In this document: positions 8,479-18,229 of the stretch, piece after piece
How the letters are laid out: each line of letters begins with the position of its first letter
Numbering within the stretch: position 1 is the first letter of the stretch
DNA from: Carpediemonas membranifera BICM
Taxonomy: Eukaryota > Protista > Fornicata
Direction: 5' to 3'
NCBI GenBank assembly: GCA_019828565.1
Contig: JAHDYR010000013.1
Location: 62,001 to 126,000, forward strand
DNA length: 64,000 nt
Notes under the pieces: generated by a model
Database searches by the model: none
The model's input: the letters and a program-made list of their open reading frames with translations, nothing else
Told to the model about the DNA's origin: nothing
Program-made: the position numbers and the translations under genes

Positions 8479-10158
8479 ATGGCAGAGCGTCCGGAAGTCG
8501 ATGTGCAGTTTAACCCCGGAATCGCTCTTCTGGCCTTATTCATGGCAAAGACGCAGGAGGAAGTTCAAGCCGATTATGATAATTGGATGAAGAGCAATAA
8601 GGATCCCAAGAAGCGGAAGGAAATGAAGTCTCTGATGAAGGAGGAGAAGTATGATGAGATTTACTTCAAGCTCAACAAGAAGGCCGCCACCAAACGTAAG
8701 GCTGCCTTCAAGTCTTCTTCTTCCAGTTCTTCAAGCTCCTCCAGCTCCTCCAGCTCCAGCTCCGACTCGAGCTCTGATTCGAGCTCCGACTCTGATTCCG
8801 ACGAGGAGATGCCCGCGAAGCTTATCACTCAGCCCGCCGCGAAGCCCGCGCCGAAGGCCGCTTCCTCCAGCTCCTCCAGCTCCAGCTCCGACTCGAGCTC
8901 CGACTCTGATTCCGACGAGGAGATGCCCGCGAAGCTTATCACTCAGCCCGCCGCGAAGCCCGCGCCGAAGGCCGCTTCCTCCAGCTCCTCCAGCTCCAGC
9001 TCCGACTCGAGCTCCGACTCTGATTCCGACGAGGAGATGCCCGCGAAGCTTATCACTCAGCCCGCCGCGAAGCCCGCGCCGAAGGCCGCTTCCTCCAGCT
9101 CCTCCAGCTCCAGCTCCGACTCGAGCTCCGACTCTGATTCCGACGAGGAGATGCCCGCGAAGCTTATCACTCAGCCCGCCGCGAAGCCCGCGCCGAAGGC
9201 CGCTTCCTCCAGCTCCTCCAGCTCCAGCTCCGACTCGAGCTCCGACTCGAGCTCCGACTCTGATTCCGACGAGGAGATGCCCGCGAAGCTTATCACTCAG
9301 CCCGCCGCGAAGCCCGCGCCGAAGGCCGCTTCCTCCAGCTCCTCCAGCTCCAGCTCCGACTCGAGCTCTGACTCGAGCTCCGACTCTGATTCCGACGAGG
9401 AGATGCCCGCGAAGCTTATCACTCAGCCCGCCGCGAAGCCCGCGCCGAAGGCCGCTTCCTCCAGCTCCTCCAGCTCCAGCTCCGACTCGAGCTCCGACTC
9501 TGATTCCGACGAGGAGATGCCCGCGAAGCTTATCACTCAGCCCGCCGCGAAGCCCGCGCCGAAGGCCGCTTCCTCCAGCTCCTCCAGCTCCAGCTCCGAC
9601 TCGAGCTCTGACTCGAGCTCCGACTCTGATTCCGACGAGGAGATGCCCGCGAAGCTTATCACTCAGCCCGCCGCGAAGCCCGCGCCGAAGGCCGCTTCCT
9701 CCAGCTCCTCCAGCTCCAGCTCCGACTCGAGCTCCGACTCTGACTCTGACTCTGACTCTGAGGAGGATACCGGCAAGCGGGCCCGTGTGGAGGATTCGGA
9801 CTCCGAGCCTGACCCCCAGCCCAGGATGACGTTCGCCAAGACACCCGCCCCCAAGCGGTCCTCTGCCCAGTACGACCTGCCCCAGCCCCAATCGATGCCT
9901 CCAGCTGGTCGGGCGGGCACGAGATTCAACCAGACCCGGCGAAACACGCCCAAGATGAGTCGGATCGATGTGGACAGGTACAAAGTGGAGGACAACTCGT
10001 ACGAGGGCCTCCGCGGCAATGATACGTACGGCCGGGTGGCCAACCGCGACTTCAGCGGGACCAGCGGCAAGAGCTTCAGGGCTGCGAAGACTAAGAAGAA
10101 GCGCGGCTCGTACGCTGGCGGTCGGATCGACCAGACGGTGCGGTCTATTCCCCTATAG
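8479..10158 (+). CDS. NOLC1: Nucleolar phosphoprotein Nopp140/Srp40-like
   Basis: Alternating Ser/Asp-rich and Lys/Pro/Ala-rich repeats; SRP40 C-terminal domain DNSY..GKSFRAAKTKKKRGSYAGGRID. Confidence 0.88.
   Translation: MAERPEVDVQFNPGIALLALFMAKTQEEVQADYDNWMKSNKDPKKRKEMKSLMKEEKYDEIYFKLNKKAATKRKAAFKSSSSSSSSSSSSSSSSSDSSSDSSSDSDSDEEMPAKLITQPAAKPAPKAASSSSSSSSSDSSSDSDSDEEMPAKLITQPAAKPAPKAASSSSSSSSSDSSSDSDSDEEMPAKLITQPAAKPAPKAASSSSSSSSSDSSSDSDSDEEMPAKLITQPAAKPAPKAASSSSSSSSSDSSSDSSSDSDSDEEMPAKLITQPAAKPAPKAASSSSSSSSSDSSSDSSSDSDSDEEMPAKLITQPAAKPAPKAASSSSSSSSSDSSSDSDSDEEMPAKLITQPAAKPAPKAASSSSSSSSSDSSSDSSSDSDSDEEMPAKLITQPAAKPAPKAASSSSSSSSSDSSSDSDSDSDSEEDTGKRARVEDSDSEPDPQPRMTFAKTPAPKRSSAQYDLPQPQSMPPAGRAGTRFNQTRRNTPKMSRIDVDRYKVEDNSYEGLRGNDTYGRVANRDFSGTSGKSFRAAKTKKKRGSYAGGRIDQTVRSIPL
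8730..9760 (+). repeat. Coding tandem repeat, 8 units of 114 or 126 bp
   Basis: ATGCCCGCGAAG recurs at 8809, 8923, 9037, 9151, 9277, 9403, 9517 and 9643; units differ mainly by a 12-bp SSSD module. Confidence 0.95.
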
Positions 10159-10429
10159 ACGGCCCATGAGTAAACGGAATGAACGGTGGCGGTGGTTGGT
10201 TGGATAAGTGGGAAGAGGGCGAGTTTGGTCCCAATCTAGGGACATTCGTGTGCTGAATGCAGGCTACTCGTTGACCTTGACTTGAAGATAGTGTGCCGCG
10301 CAGGATTAGAATTGTTGTCTGTGGTATTTGGAGGTTTATGTGTAGGATTCATGTAAAGGTGACTTAAGCTGTCGACCCCCCGGGATGAACTCCGGAGGAC
10401 TGAACAGGTTCAGTCTGACTTTTTATTTA

Positions 10430-10720
10430 GACTCACTGTCATTATACTGTCACTAGTACTGTCACACTATACTGTATTACCACACTATACTGTAGACTCA
10501 CACTACCTCCACCCACTTCAGCCCTCGTCTGTGCCATCGGTCTGTCGTGCTTTCAGTCGTCGGTCTGCACGAAAAGATGCGTCGTCTGTCGTCCATCGTC
10601 TGTGTCGAACGCTGCTGTCTTATTTCGCGTCTGTGCTCGTCTGTTACGCGCTCATCTGTCGTCCATTGCCGGCGTCTGAAGCTCATGTCGTCGTCGTCTT
10701 CGTCATCTTCGTCTGTTGTG
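10430..10720 (+). repeat. Subterminal low-complexity repeats (ACTGTC/ACTATACTGT then TCGTC/TCTGT)
   Basis: Short degenerate repeats directly inside the left inverted repeat. Confidence 0.7.
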
Positions 10721-10865
10721 AGAGACACTAGTGGTGGAAAGCGGTTGTAGCTAGTAGTAAAGACGCTTTGTGTTGTATGATGCTGGTTTCTTGTGTTTTG
10801 AGGGATGCTGCCAGCTGATGAACCCTGAAAAGAAATGATCGATGCAGGCAGCTCAATAGACTCCG

Positions 10866-12166
10866 ATGCCTTCCAAGATATACACGGTGAAGGCTTCCGT
10901 TAACAAGGCCATTGGCGAGATTAACGGTGGAGGCGATAACAACGCGCCGCGGCGAGGAAACCTTGAACCCGGCATGCGTTCTTTCACGCAGGCTAAGTAC
11001 ACATTCACTTGCCTGCTTGCGTGCGTCTCTGCATCTGCGCACGCGTTGACCCCACCGAGGACGGTCAACCTGTTCGACCAGGAGGTCCTCAAGCAGATCG
11101 TCAGCATTGCTCAGCAAAAGGTGTCGAAGGCAAAGGCAGCGGATCGGTGCAGGTGGATTGGCGATGTGGAGGGACCCTGACATAATCCCACTCGTCCGGG
11201 ACTTCAGGGAAGCCTACGTTGGAATTGCATTTCCATTTCAGCGCTGGTTGGGTGAGTACTCCACAGCCACCCGGGTCTGGCTCTCGCGCGCGTCACCCGG
11301 GTACCTGACCCGTCTTCGTACTGGATTAGAACGGGTGCGTCCGCTCCTCCATGATCGGCCGGGTGTTCGACAGGATTTTCTCGACACACTAGGCGAGCTC
11401 GACACTGAGGTTGCCGCCATAGCCGCCGATCATGGCATGCATCATCGTCAAATGCATGCATTGCCCGAGGAGCAACGGGTGGGTCGCACTGGTACCGTGG
11501 CCGAGGCCCTCGTCGGCGTGCTGTCGTGCGTCACGCGCATGAGTGCTGCAGTGACCAAGCTGGTCACACTCACTCGTGCCGTGAACCTCGAGCTCAGTCA
11601 GGCCCTGCCAGAGCCGAAGCTCGTTCCGTTCGTGCCGATGGCACCGGTCAGGCCTGGGTTCATGACCATCGAGCGCGGTTATATGTCGCTCACCCCAGCG
11701 ATGAAGAGGCGCCTGCGTGTGCACGTGAATTGGTCAGCATCTCGAAGTCGCGTATGGGGCTGCACTGTTTTGTTCCGCCGGCACTCCCTCCTGTGCTCCG
11801 TACCGCCACTTTGCTCGAGCACTTCCTGGCATCATGCTCCGGCACAACGTCGTCGTGAGTGTCACGATGGTCTCCGAATTCCGCACTTCCATCGTGTGCC
11901 CATACTGCAAAGCACACTTCAGACGTGTGGTGCAAACACACCGCACCATGATATGCCAGAATCCCGCGTGCGAGGGAGCTCCATGGCGCGTTGAACGGCT
12001 ACGTCGGCATCCCGAGCAGAGAGAGATACTTCTCAATCTCTCTCACTGAGATAAGAGCGCCAGCGAGAACATCCTTTGGTGCACCTTCGATGCAACTTCA
12101 GATCAGATAGAGCAATCTCCTTTCCACTACGACTCCCAGAGAGGTGCTCTTCCTCGCTATCATTAA
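10866..12166 (+). pseudogene. Fanzor1-type (eukaryotic TnpB-like) RNA-guided nuclease remnant
   Basis: Three frames give YTVKASV.., then KLVPFVPMAPVRPGFMTIE, then LEVAYGAALF.SAG..APYRHFARAL..VTMVSEFRTSIVCPYC..RTMICQNPAC..H*DKSASENIL. TGA at 12047 sits where the Arg of the RuvC-III RD..A..NI motif belongs. RuvC-I is absent. Confidence 0.85.
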
Positions 12167-12713
12167 CTTGCTAAGTTGAGCAAACACAGCGCGCGTGATA
12201 TGCAGCGCACGATTGATAGAGTATGATGAACCACACTGCGATCCTGATGCTGCTTGGATCACTGTGTGTTTTGGACTCAATAATTCTAATCCTGCGCGGC
12301 ACATATAGCGCAACCCTTGGACTGCACGTTTAAGTCAATAGTTGTTCAAAGCTACTCACATCTGATGACATGTCGGCCATTGCCATTCCGCAAATTCTGC
12401 ACACCAACCCAGATCAATATCAGACGACGATCCGAAGAACGGCTATCATCACTCCCGATGGGAACACGCCTGCCCTTCGGTCTGACAAGCGCGTCCGCAT
12501 ATTTGGCCATGGTTTCAGCCTTCATCATTCGAGACACCTGACTCTGGTTGACTTGGTCATGTGACATAAACTGCGAAATGAAGAGAACCTCTTTTCGGGA
12601 TCTATGCCTAATTGAAACGATGTTGATGCCTCATTGCACTCATTTCCTCTTTATATCTTGTCCCTGAGGCTTTTAGCAGAGTACGAACTCCTCCCACTTC
12701 GCATGGCCAGACA

Positions 12714-14258
12714 ATGCAGTCCCAATGGATAGAGGGAATGGAGATCCTTAAGCAGGTCTCCATGACGATACCAGAATACGATGGCCCGTCTATTGACGAG
12801 CTGGAGCTTGAGGAGGACTGCTTCGAGAACGCCACGCCCCCGAGCGACTCCGACTCCGAAGAGCAGGACGAGGACACAATCTCTGACATCAGCCAGGAGA
12901 GCATCAACAGATTCTTTGCCAGGTACAGCATCAACATGGGCACCACCCCTGCGATGGGCGGCGTACTCCCCCTCGAGGCCCCACTGAGTCCCGCTGACTC
13001 TGATTCAGTGGCAGACTCAGAAGCACGCCCAGAGTCGCCCGTCACTGGGTTCAGGGAGAGGCTGGCGACGAAGCAGGTGCTTATGGATGAGTGCCACGCG
13101 GACTACGCTTCTGTGCTTGGGGAATTGGACAGGCTGGCCGGCCTGAACGAGGCGCTGACAATCGAACTGGACGAATACAGGCAGCGGTACGGCCACGTAA
13201 ACATCCAGGACGGGGCCACCGAGGACGACATCGCGGCGCGCCTGTACCAAGGGCGGCGGACGTGCCTCTGCCACATCACCGGCGTCACTGCGGCCAGAGA
13301 TCTTCTCATCACAGTCACACGACTGGGGGTGGGTCCCGCGCTCACATATGCTGTGTTGAAGATCAGGAAGGTGCTGAACAGACGGGTGTTTGAGGACTTG
13401 ATGAGGGAGGACGCGGACTGGGCTGCCACAGCGAATATGATCCTCCGCTACTACTGCGAGCCGACGATACCGACGACGGACACCGCTCTGGACACCTTAG
13501 ACGAACTCGAGCGACAGGTCAGGATGGGCTATGCGAGCGGTGACCTGGAAGAGAGGCTATGTGCCTGTGCCCAGCTGGCTGGCCGGTGTCGGTTCACCAA
13601 GGCGGCGGCCCAGTCGTTCATGCTCTGGGAGAAGACCATCGAGACCGCCAGTGACCTTTACGCCAGTGAGGGGAAGCTCCTTGTCCCCGCGAAGATTCCC
13701 CCAGTCAGTCTCATTGAGAAGGCCGCCCAGCACAGTCTGGCCGGAGACCCAACCTGGCCTGACCGCCTCAGCGCGGTCACCCTCAGGGCCGAGTTCAACC
13801 TCAGTCAGAGTGTGTGGGAGTGGTTGTGGATTCGAGTCAGCTGCGAGGCGGCCACAGAGCAGTGGGACCGTGTTTTTGATGGATTCAAACGGGGCAAGCG
13901 GGTTGGGACCCAGGGGACACGCGTGTTGGATGTGTACAAGAGCAAGCTGGACTCGAGCCATGTTGTCGCCTACCTCCTTGCCCATAACGCCCCAGACAAG
14001 ACTATTAAGGTCTTCCTCAGCAGGCTGACTGGGGAGGCCAAGCTCCGGGTGATGACGCAGGTCGACGTCATGATCGAGCGACCCTGCCTTGCTTTTAAGA
14101 CGGTGCAGCACATTCGCGGGAACAACCGGCCGCTTGCCATTGAGTTCTTCCAGGTTGGGATGAGGGCCGTGCGACGCCGAGCAAAGGTGGAGCCGACTAT
14201 TAAGAACCAGGACGCCCTGACGCTGCTCGAGGGTTTGCTCGCGGTCCAGCCGCTTTAG
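12714..14258 (+). CDS. Protein with weak Vps16 C-terminal/VIPAS39-like similarity, inside the TIR element
   Basis: Intact 514 aa ORF with an acidic N-terminus and a coiled coil. LRAEFNLSQSVWEWLWIR..EQWDRVF resembles the Vps16-C helical region (by eye only). Confidence 0.5.
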   Translation: MQSQWIEGMEILKQVSMTIPEYDGPSIDELELEEDCFENATPPSDSDSEEQDEDTISDISQESINRFFARYSINMGTTPAMGGVLPLEAPLSPADSDSVADSEARPESPVTGFRERLATKQVLMDECHADYASVLGELDRLAGLNEALTIELDEYRQRYGHVNIQDGATEDDIAARLYQGRRTCLCHITGVTAARDLLITVTRLGVGPALTYAVLKIRKVLNRRVFEDLMREDADWAATANMILRYYCEPTIPTTDTALDTLDELERQVRMGYASGDLEERLCACAQLAGRCRFTKAAAQSFMLWEKTIETASDLYASEGKLLVPAKIPPVSLIEKAAQHSLAGDPTWPDRLSAVTLRAEFNLSQSVWEWLWIRVSCEAATEQWDRVFDGFKRGKRVGTQGTRVLDVYKSKLDSSHVVAYLLAHNAPDKTIKVFLSRLTGEAKLRVMTQVDVMIERPCLAFKTVQHIRGNNRPLAIEFFQVGMRAVRRRAKVEPTIKNQDALTLLEGLLAVQPL

Positions 14259-14649
14259 CCGACTATTTAAACTGCAGAAATCGCAGAATTGGTGTCTGGA
14301 ATGCCATGGGGGGTGACGGGGACCCATTATGGCTCGTGGGAGACGATAATTGCTGGTATCATTCAAAACACTGGCCTCTGTCCGAGGACCAGGGCGTCTG
14401 AGCCGATTAGTATCAGGATAGATGAGGAGAGAAAGAAGAGAAATGCGGAATGTGCCGCGCAGGATAAGAATACTTGAGTCTAAAGGTGGGCAGTCCCAAA
14501 AGGTAGGCTGAACCTGTTTAGTCCCCTGGAGTTCATCCCGGGGGGGTTGACAGCCTAAGCCTTCTTCACATGAACCCCCAGTAAACATCTCTAAACGCTA
14601 CACGGAAGAGAGCATAACCTGCGAATCCCCGAAGGAGAATCGCCGCGAA

Positions 14650-15241
14650 ATGGGGACAACGAGCAGCACTCTTCACCAGGAAGAGCTTGAGGAGATTCAA
14701 ATGGCGTCAAATTGTTCGTTCTCTTCCGCATTTCTCACGCAGTCACTCAGAAGGAGATCAAGCGCCTGTACAAGCGTTTCAAGAAGCTTGACAAGGACTC
14801 GTCCGGTACCATCACTGCCGATGAGTTCCTAATGATTCCTGAGCTCGCTATGAACCCTCTTGGCCAGCGTATTATTTCTATCTTCGACGAGAACAAGGAC
14901 GATAACGTCAACTTCCGCGAGTACATCAAGGCTCTGAGTGTGTTCTCCGCCCGCAGCGATAAGACGGATAAGCTCAAGTGTACGCCCCTTTCCATTCCTT
15001 TTACCCAGTCGCCTTCAAGATCTACGACCTCGACAACGACGGCTTCATCAGCAACGGCGAGCTCTTCCAGGTTCTCAAGATGATGGTCGGGAACAACCTC
15101 AGCGACACACAGCTCCAGCAGATTGTCGACAAGACGATCCTCGAGGCCGACACCGACGGCACTGGCCGCATCTCCTTTGAGGAGTTCGCTAAGGTCCTCC
15201 AGCCGACCGACATCGAGGCCAAGATGAGCCTGCGGTTCTAG
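14650..15241 (+). CDS. CNB1: Calcineurin B regulatory subunit (2 introns)
   Basis: MG myristoylation start and four EF hands; frame restored by 29-nt GT-AG introns at 14714-14742 and 14980-15008. Confidence 0.95.
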
Positions 15242-15417
15242 GTCACCGTAGCCGGCTCAGCTGTGTAAATAGTATTCCAGATCACTGTTGATCTGAGGCA
15301 TGGAGAGGGAGAAAGAGAGAGGCGGCTCAGTCGAATGGCAACAGGGCTCAGCTTGCCTCTCTGCCGGTCACCCCTGACCCTGCTTCCGTGGTGCGACTCT
15401 GGTGGAGTTGACAATGA

Positions 15418-16193
15418 ATGGAGGGTGTACATAACACAGTCAATTTCCACCCTTTGGTGCTGCTTCATGCATCAGCAAACAATAACAGAAGCATGTTGTC
15501 CATTTATGGTCTTACATAGACGCATCAAAAGCTGCATTGTTCTCTGTGCTCATTGGCACAATTTCACATGGCTACATCGACGTTCTGTCTTCTTCAGACA
15601 TCATAGAAAAGAAAGAAGGTGGCTTTGATACCGCATATACGGCTAAGAAGCTTTCACACCACAAAGAAACCATCGGCCGTGCTCGCATTGTCGGTTTCTG
15701 CACCGCCCGGGCTTCCTCGGAGACCGTCGCTGCACTTTTCCACGCCCACAATGACATGCTCCCACCAAATCCCCTCTGGCTGCAGTACAACCCAGGGTCG
15801 AACGAAGAGCTTTTCGCCTGCTATGCCGGGCCACAGGGGGGAGCTGTGCCCTTCACCACTGCAGCCAAGCCCATCGAGCGAATTGCAGTGGACCATGTTC
15901 AACTGCAGTCGGGCGGGGACGTAGTGGCCGTGCATACGAACGCCTTGACGTCTGCCATCAGCGAGCTGAAGAAGACTCTCGAGGACGCCCGAAGGGTTCT
16001 CGTATCACCGGCCAAGACTGTGGAAGAGACTGCCCGGGCCCGCAGGATTGTGGCGGCGGCGCTGTTCATCGGGAAGCCCCACATCCTCACGGGCAGGACG
16101 GACTACGAGACCGTGCTGCAGGGGGCCAGCCTCGTACCGGCGGCACAGGAGGTGATGACGAAGGTGAAGCTTGCGTGGGCGGGTAAAGACTAG
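15418..16193 (+). CDS. Inactive-MPN protein, CSN6-like (1 GC-AG intron)
   Basis: Exon 1 MEGVHNTVNFHPLVLLH joins the 15537 ORF through a 29-nt intron GCATGT..CTTACATAG (15491-15519). FDTAYTAKK, IVGF and IERIAVDHV fit CSN6/Rpn8-type MPN proteins. Confidence 0.75.
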
Positions 16194-17122
16194 ATGGGAC
16201 TTGTGTGTTTGGTGATATCCTCTGTCACATGGGCCAAGCAATGGCCGGACCCCAGCGCCCTGTCCAGTGCTTGGACCGGGCACGTGCACGTCCCTGGTGA
16301 GTGTCAGGTGTAGTGTGAGATAAACTGCACCCTGTGTGGTTTGGAAGAGAAAGAGTTTACGAGTAAAAAGAGGTTTGGACCCTCCCAGGGATATTGGTAG
16401 ATATTAATACTGACTACACTTCCCCCCCATGGCCAAGCAGTCGCGCGGCCATCACCACAACCAACATCTGGTATTACGTGGGGCTAGAGCCACCAATCGA
16501 ACTTGGGATTACGCTCGCTCATGCCGAACCACTATTGGAATTATCGACGGGATAACGACAACCAACTTCTGGGATTACGTCTTATTGCAACCTCCAGGTG
16601 AGGTATTATGCGTAGTAAGGTGTGACCGAAAGATTCGAGGATGATATCAAAAAGATTCGGAAAAGATCTATGCAGCGCTGCTAATTAAGATATGGGTTCA
16701 GGAGCTCCTGTATAAGTATAAAAAGGACGTACCACAGCCCCGCCCCCCTCGCGGGCACTCTGGGGCTCGCGCTCGACTCGGGAATTCTGGCCCCGAGCAT
16801 TTTTAGGCATTTCGCCATCGCTCATACAGAAAGTTCTGGTACGTTGGGCTGATCCGCCCCATTCTTACACAGTGCCCGAAAAAGGGGTTTTCGAGCCCCA
16901 ATTCGGCTTCGTTGGCGAGTTCTGACTCTTTTTGTTCTGCGCTGTACCGAAAGTTAACCAACATCATAAGCACTGCTCCACGGACGGTAGAAGTCTCGTG
17001 GACTGTGTTTGAGATATAAATATTGTGAATAGTCCGTCATGGGGATCACTATGGGCACTTCCATTCGTCATTTGGGAAAAGTGCAGGATATGTCGCTTTT
17101 TCCTGAGGAAAAGCGGCCAAAC

Positions 17123-18210
17123 ATGGCGGATACGCGTGCGCTCGACCAAATTCGTGAGCTTTCGATGGAGTTAACTGATGACGATTATCGCAAGGTGCTC
17201 GAAAATGCCCTTGCGACGATTGCTCGGACGCAACGCTATAAGGCCCGCACGATGAGCGCCCTGCAGAAGAGGGCCATCCGCAAGAGCGGCGGGAATGCCT
17301 CCCAGATGCCCATGATGCGGTTTGTGCGCCTCTATTCTTCTTACCTAGGATCTTCACCGTGCCGGCAACTTCCGCTCGGGAGCTCTGCCGTGTGCCGGTG
17401 GGGGGTGTGATGGAGGGGTGCTTCACGAAGCAGGCAGACCAGCTCGCCGATGTGGTTCGACGGTGCTTGGCTGGCTACGTTAACTTCGTTGAGGTGCCCC
17501 TCGAGGGGATCTTCGATCACCTCTCCACCGGCACGCTGTGGAGCAAGGACGCAGGCGGCTTGCTCGATCTGTCAGCCGGCCTGCTGGTCCAGCTCCAGCG
17601 AGAGCATCGTGCGCTCCGCTTCCTGCGGGAGGCGTCTCGCAGCCGTGCCGAAACCGACTCCGGCATAGTCCGCGACGCCGTTGACGCCGGCGTTTTCGAT
17701 CTCAAGGGCAACGGCTCAAACAGGTACGTCACCCCGGAGACCCTGTTCTCGCTCTCCCGCGCTCTCGGCTGCGGCCAGAGCCTGGCCCGCCGCACCCTGT
17801 ACCGGGTCGCCGTCTTGGCCCTCGCCCCAGACTACTACCGCTTGTTCCTCCACGGGGAGCGTAGCGAGAACGTCTCAGTCACCGCCACTCACTGGGCCGC
17901 CCTGGTCGCTAACCTCCGCGCCATGGACGAGCTTCCGTCCCTGCCGGAGCGGCTCGGTCTGGCCATGCAGGTCTCTGACCCTGAGCGCGAGTACGAGGTC
18001 CTTGACGTGCTGGGTCACGAGATCCTGACGGCTGGATCCGACCGCCGACTCATTCTTCACGTTCAGTACGCGGGCTACACTGCCCCTACCTGCACTGGTC
18101 TGGACGAGACCCTCGCTGCCGTCAGCGTGGCTCGCGAGTATCTGATCGACTTTGAGCTCGAGGACTGGATCAAGGGCCCTGACGACGAGTCCGATGACGA
18201 CTACCAATAA
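17123..18210 (+). CDS. Antisense accessory gene of element B with C-terminal chromodomain-like region (1 intron)
   Basis: Two ORFs are joined in frame by a 29-nt intron GTTTGT..CTTACCTAG (17320-17348); C-terminus YEVLDVLGH..LHVQYAGY. Start could be 17090 or 17123. Confidence 0.75.
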
Positions 18211-18229
18211 ATCTTGATTGAGAATCCGT

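Larger units (their letters stand above)
10348..14574. mobile_element. Putative non-autonomous TIR DNA transposon carrying a Fanzor remnant and a cargo ORF
   Basis: Imperfect inverted repeats at 10348-10435 and 14475-14574. The core 10363-10413 matches the reverse complement of about 14508-14559 with 5 transitions and 1 indel. No TSD or transposase is seen. Confidence 0.7.

Noticed and set aside
8730-9760. Repeat array as a CRISPR
   Set aside because: No unique spacers; it is an in-frame coding repeat of Nopp140.
10806-10851. Hammerhead-like CTGATGA..GAAA upstream of the Fanzor
   Set aside because: Stem II is at most 1 bp, and stems I and III cannot form around a cleavage triplet.
12047-12049. 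Stop-codon reassignment or readthrough of the Fanzor TGA
   Set aside because: TAA, TAG and TGA all end conserved host genes here, and the gene has other lesions.
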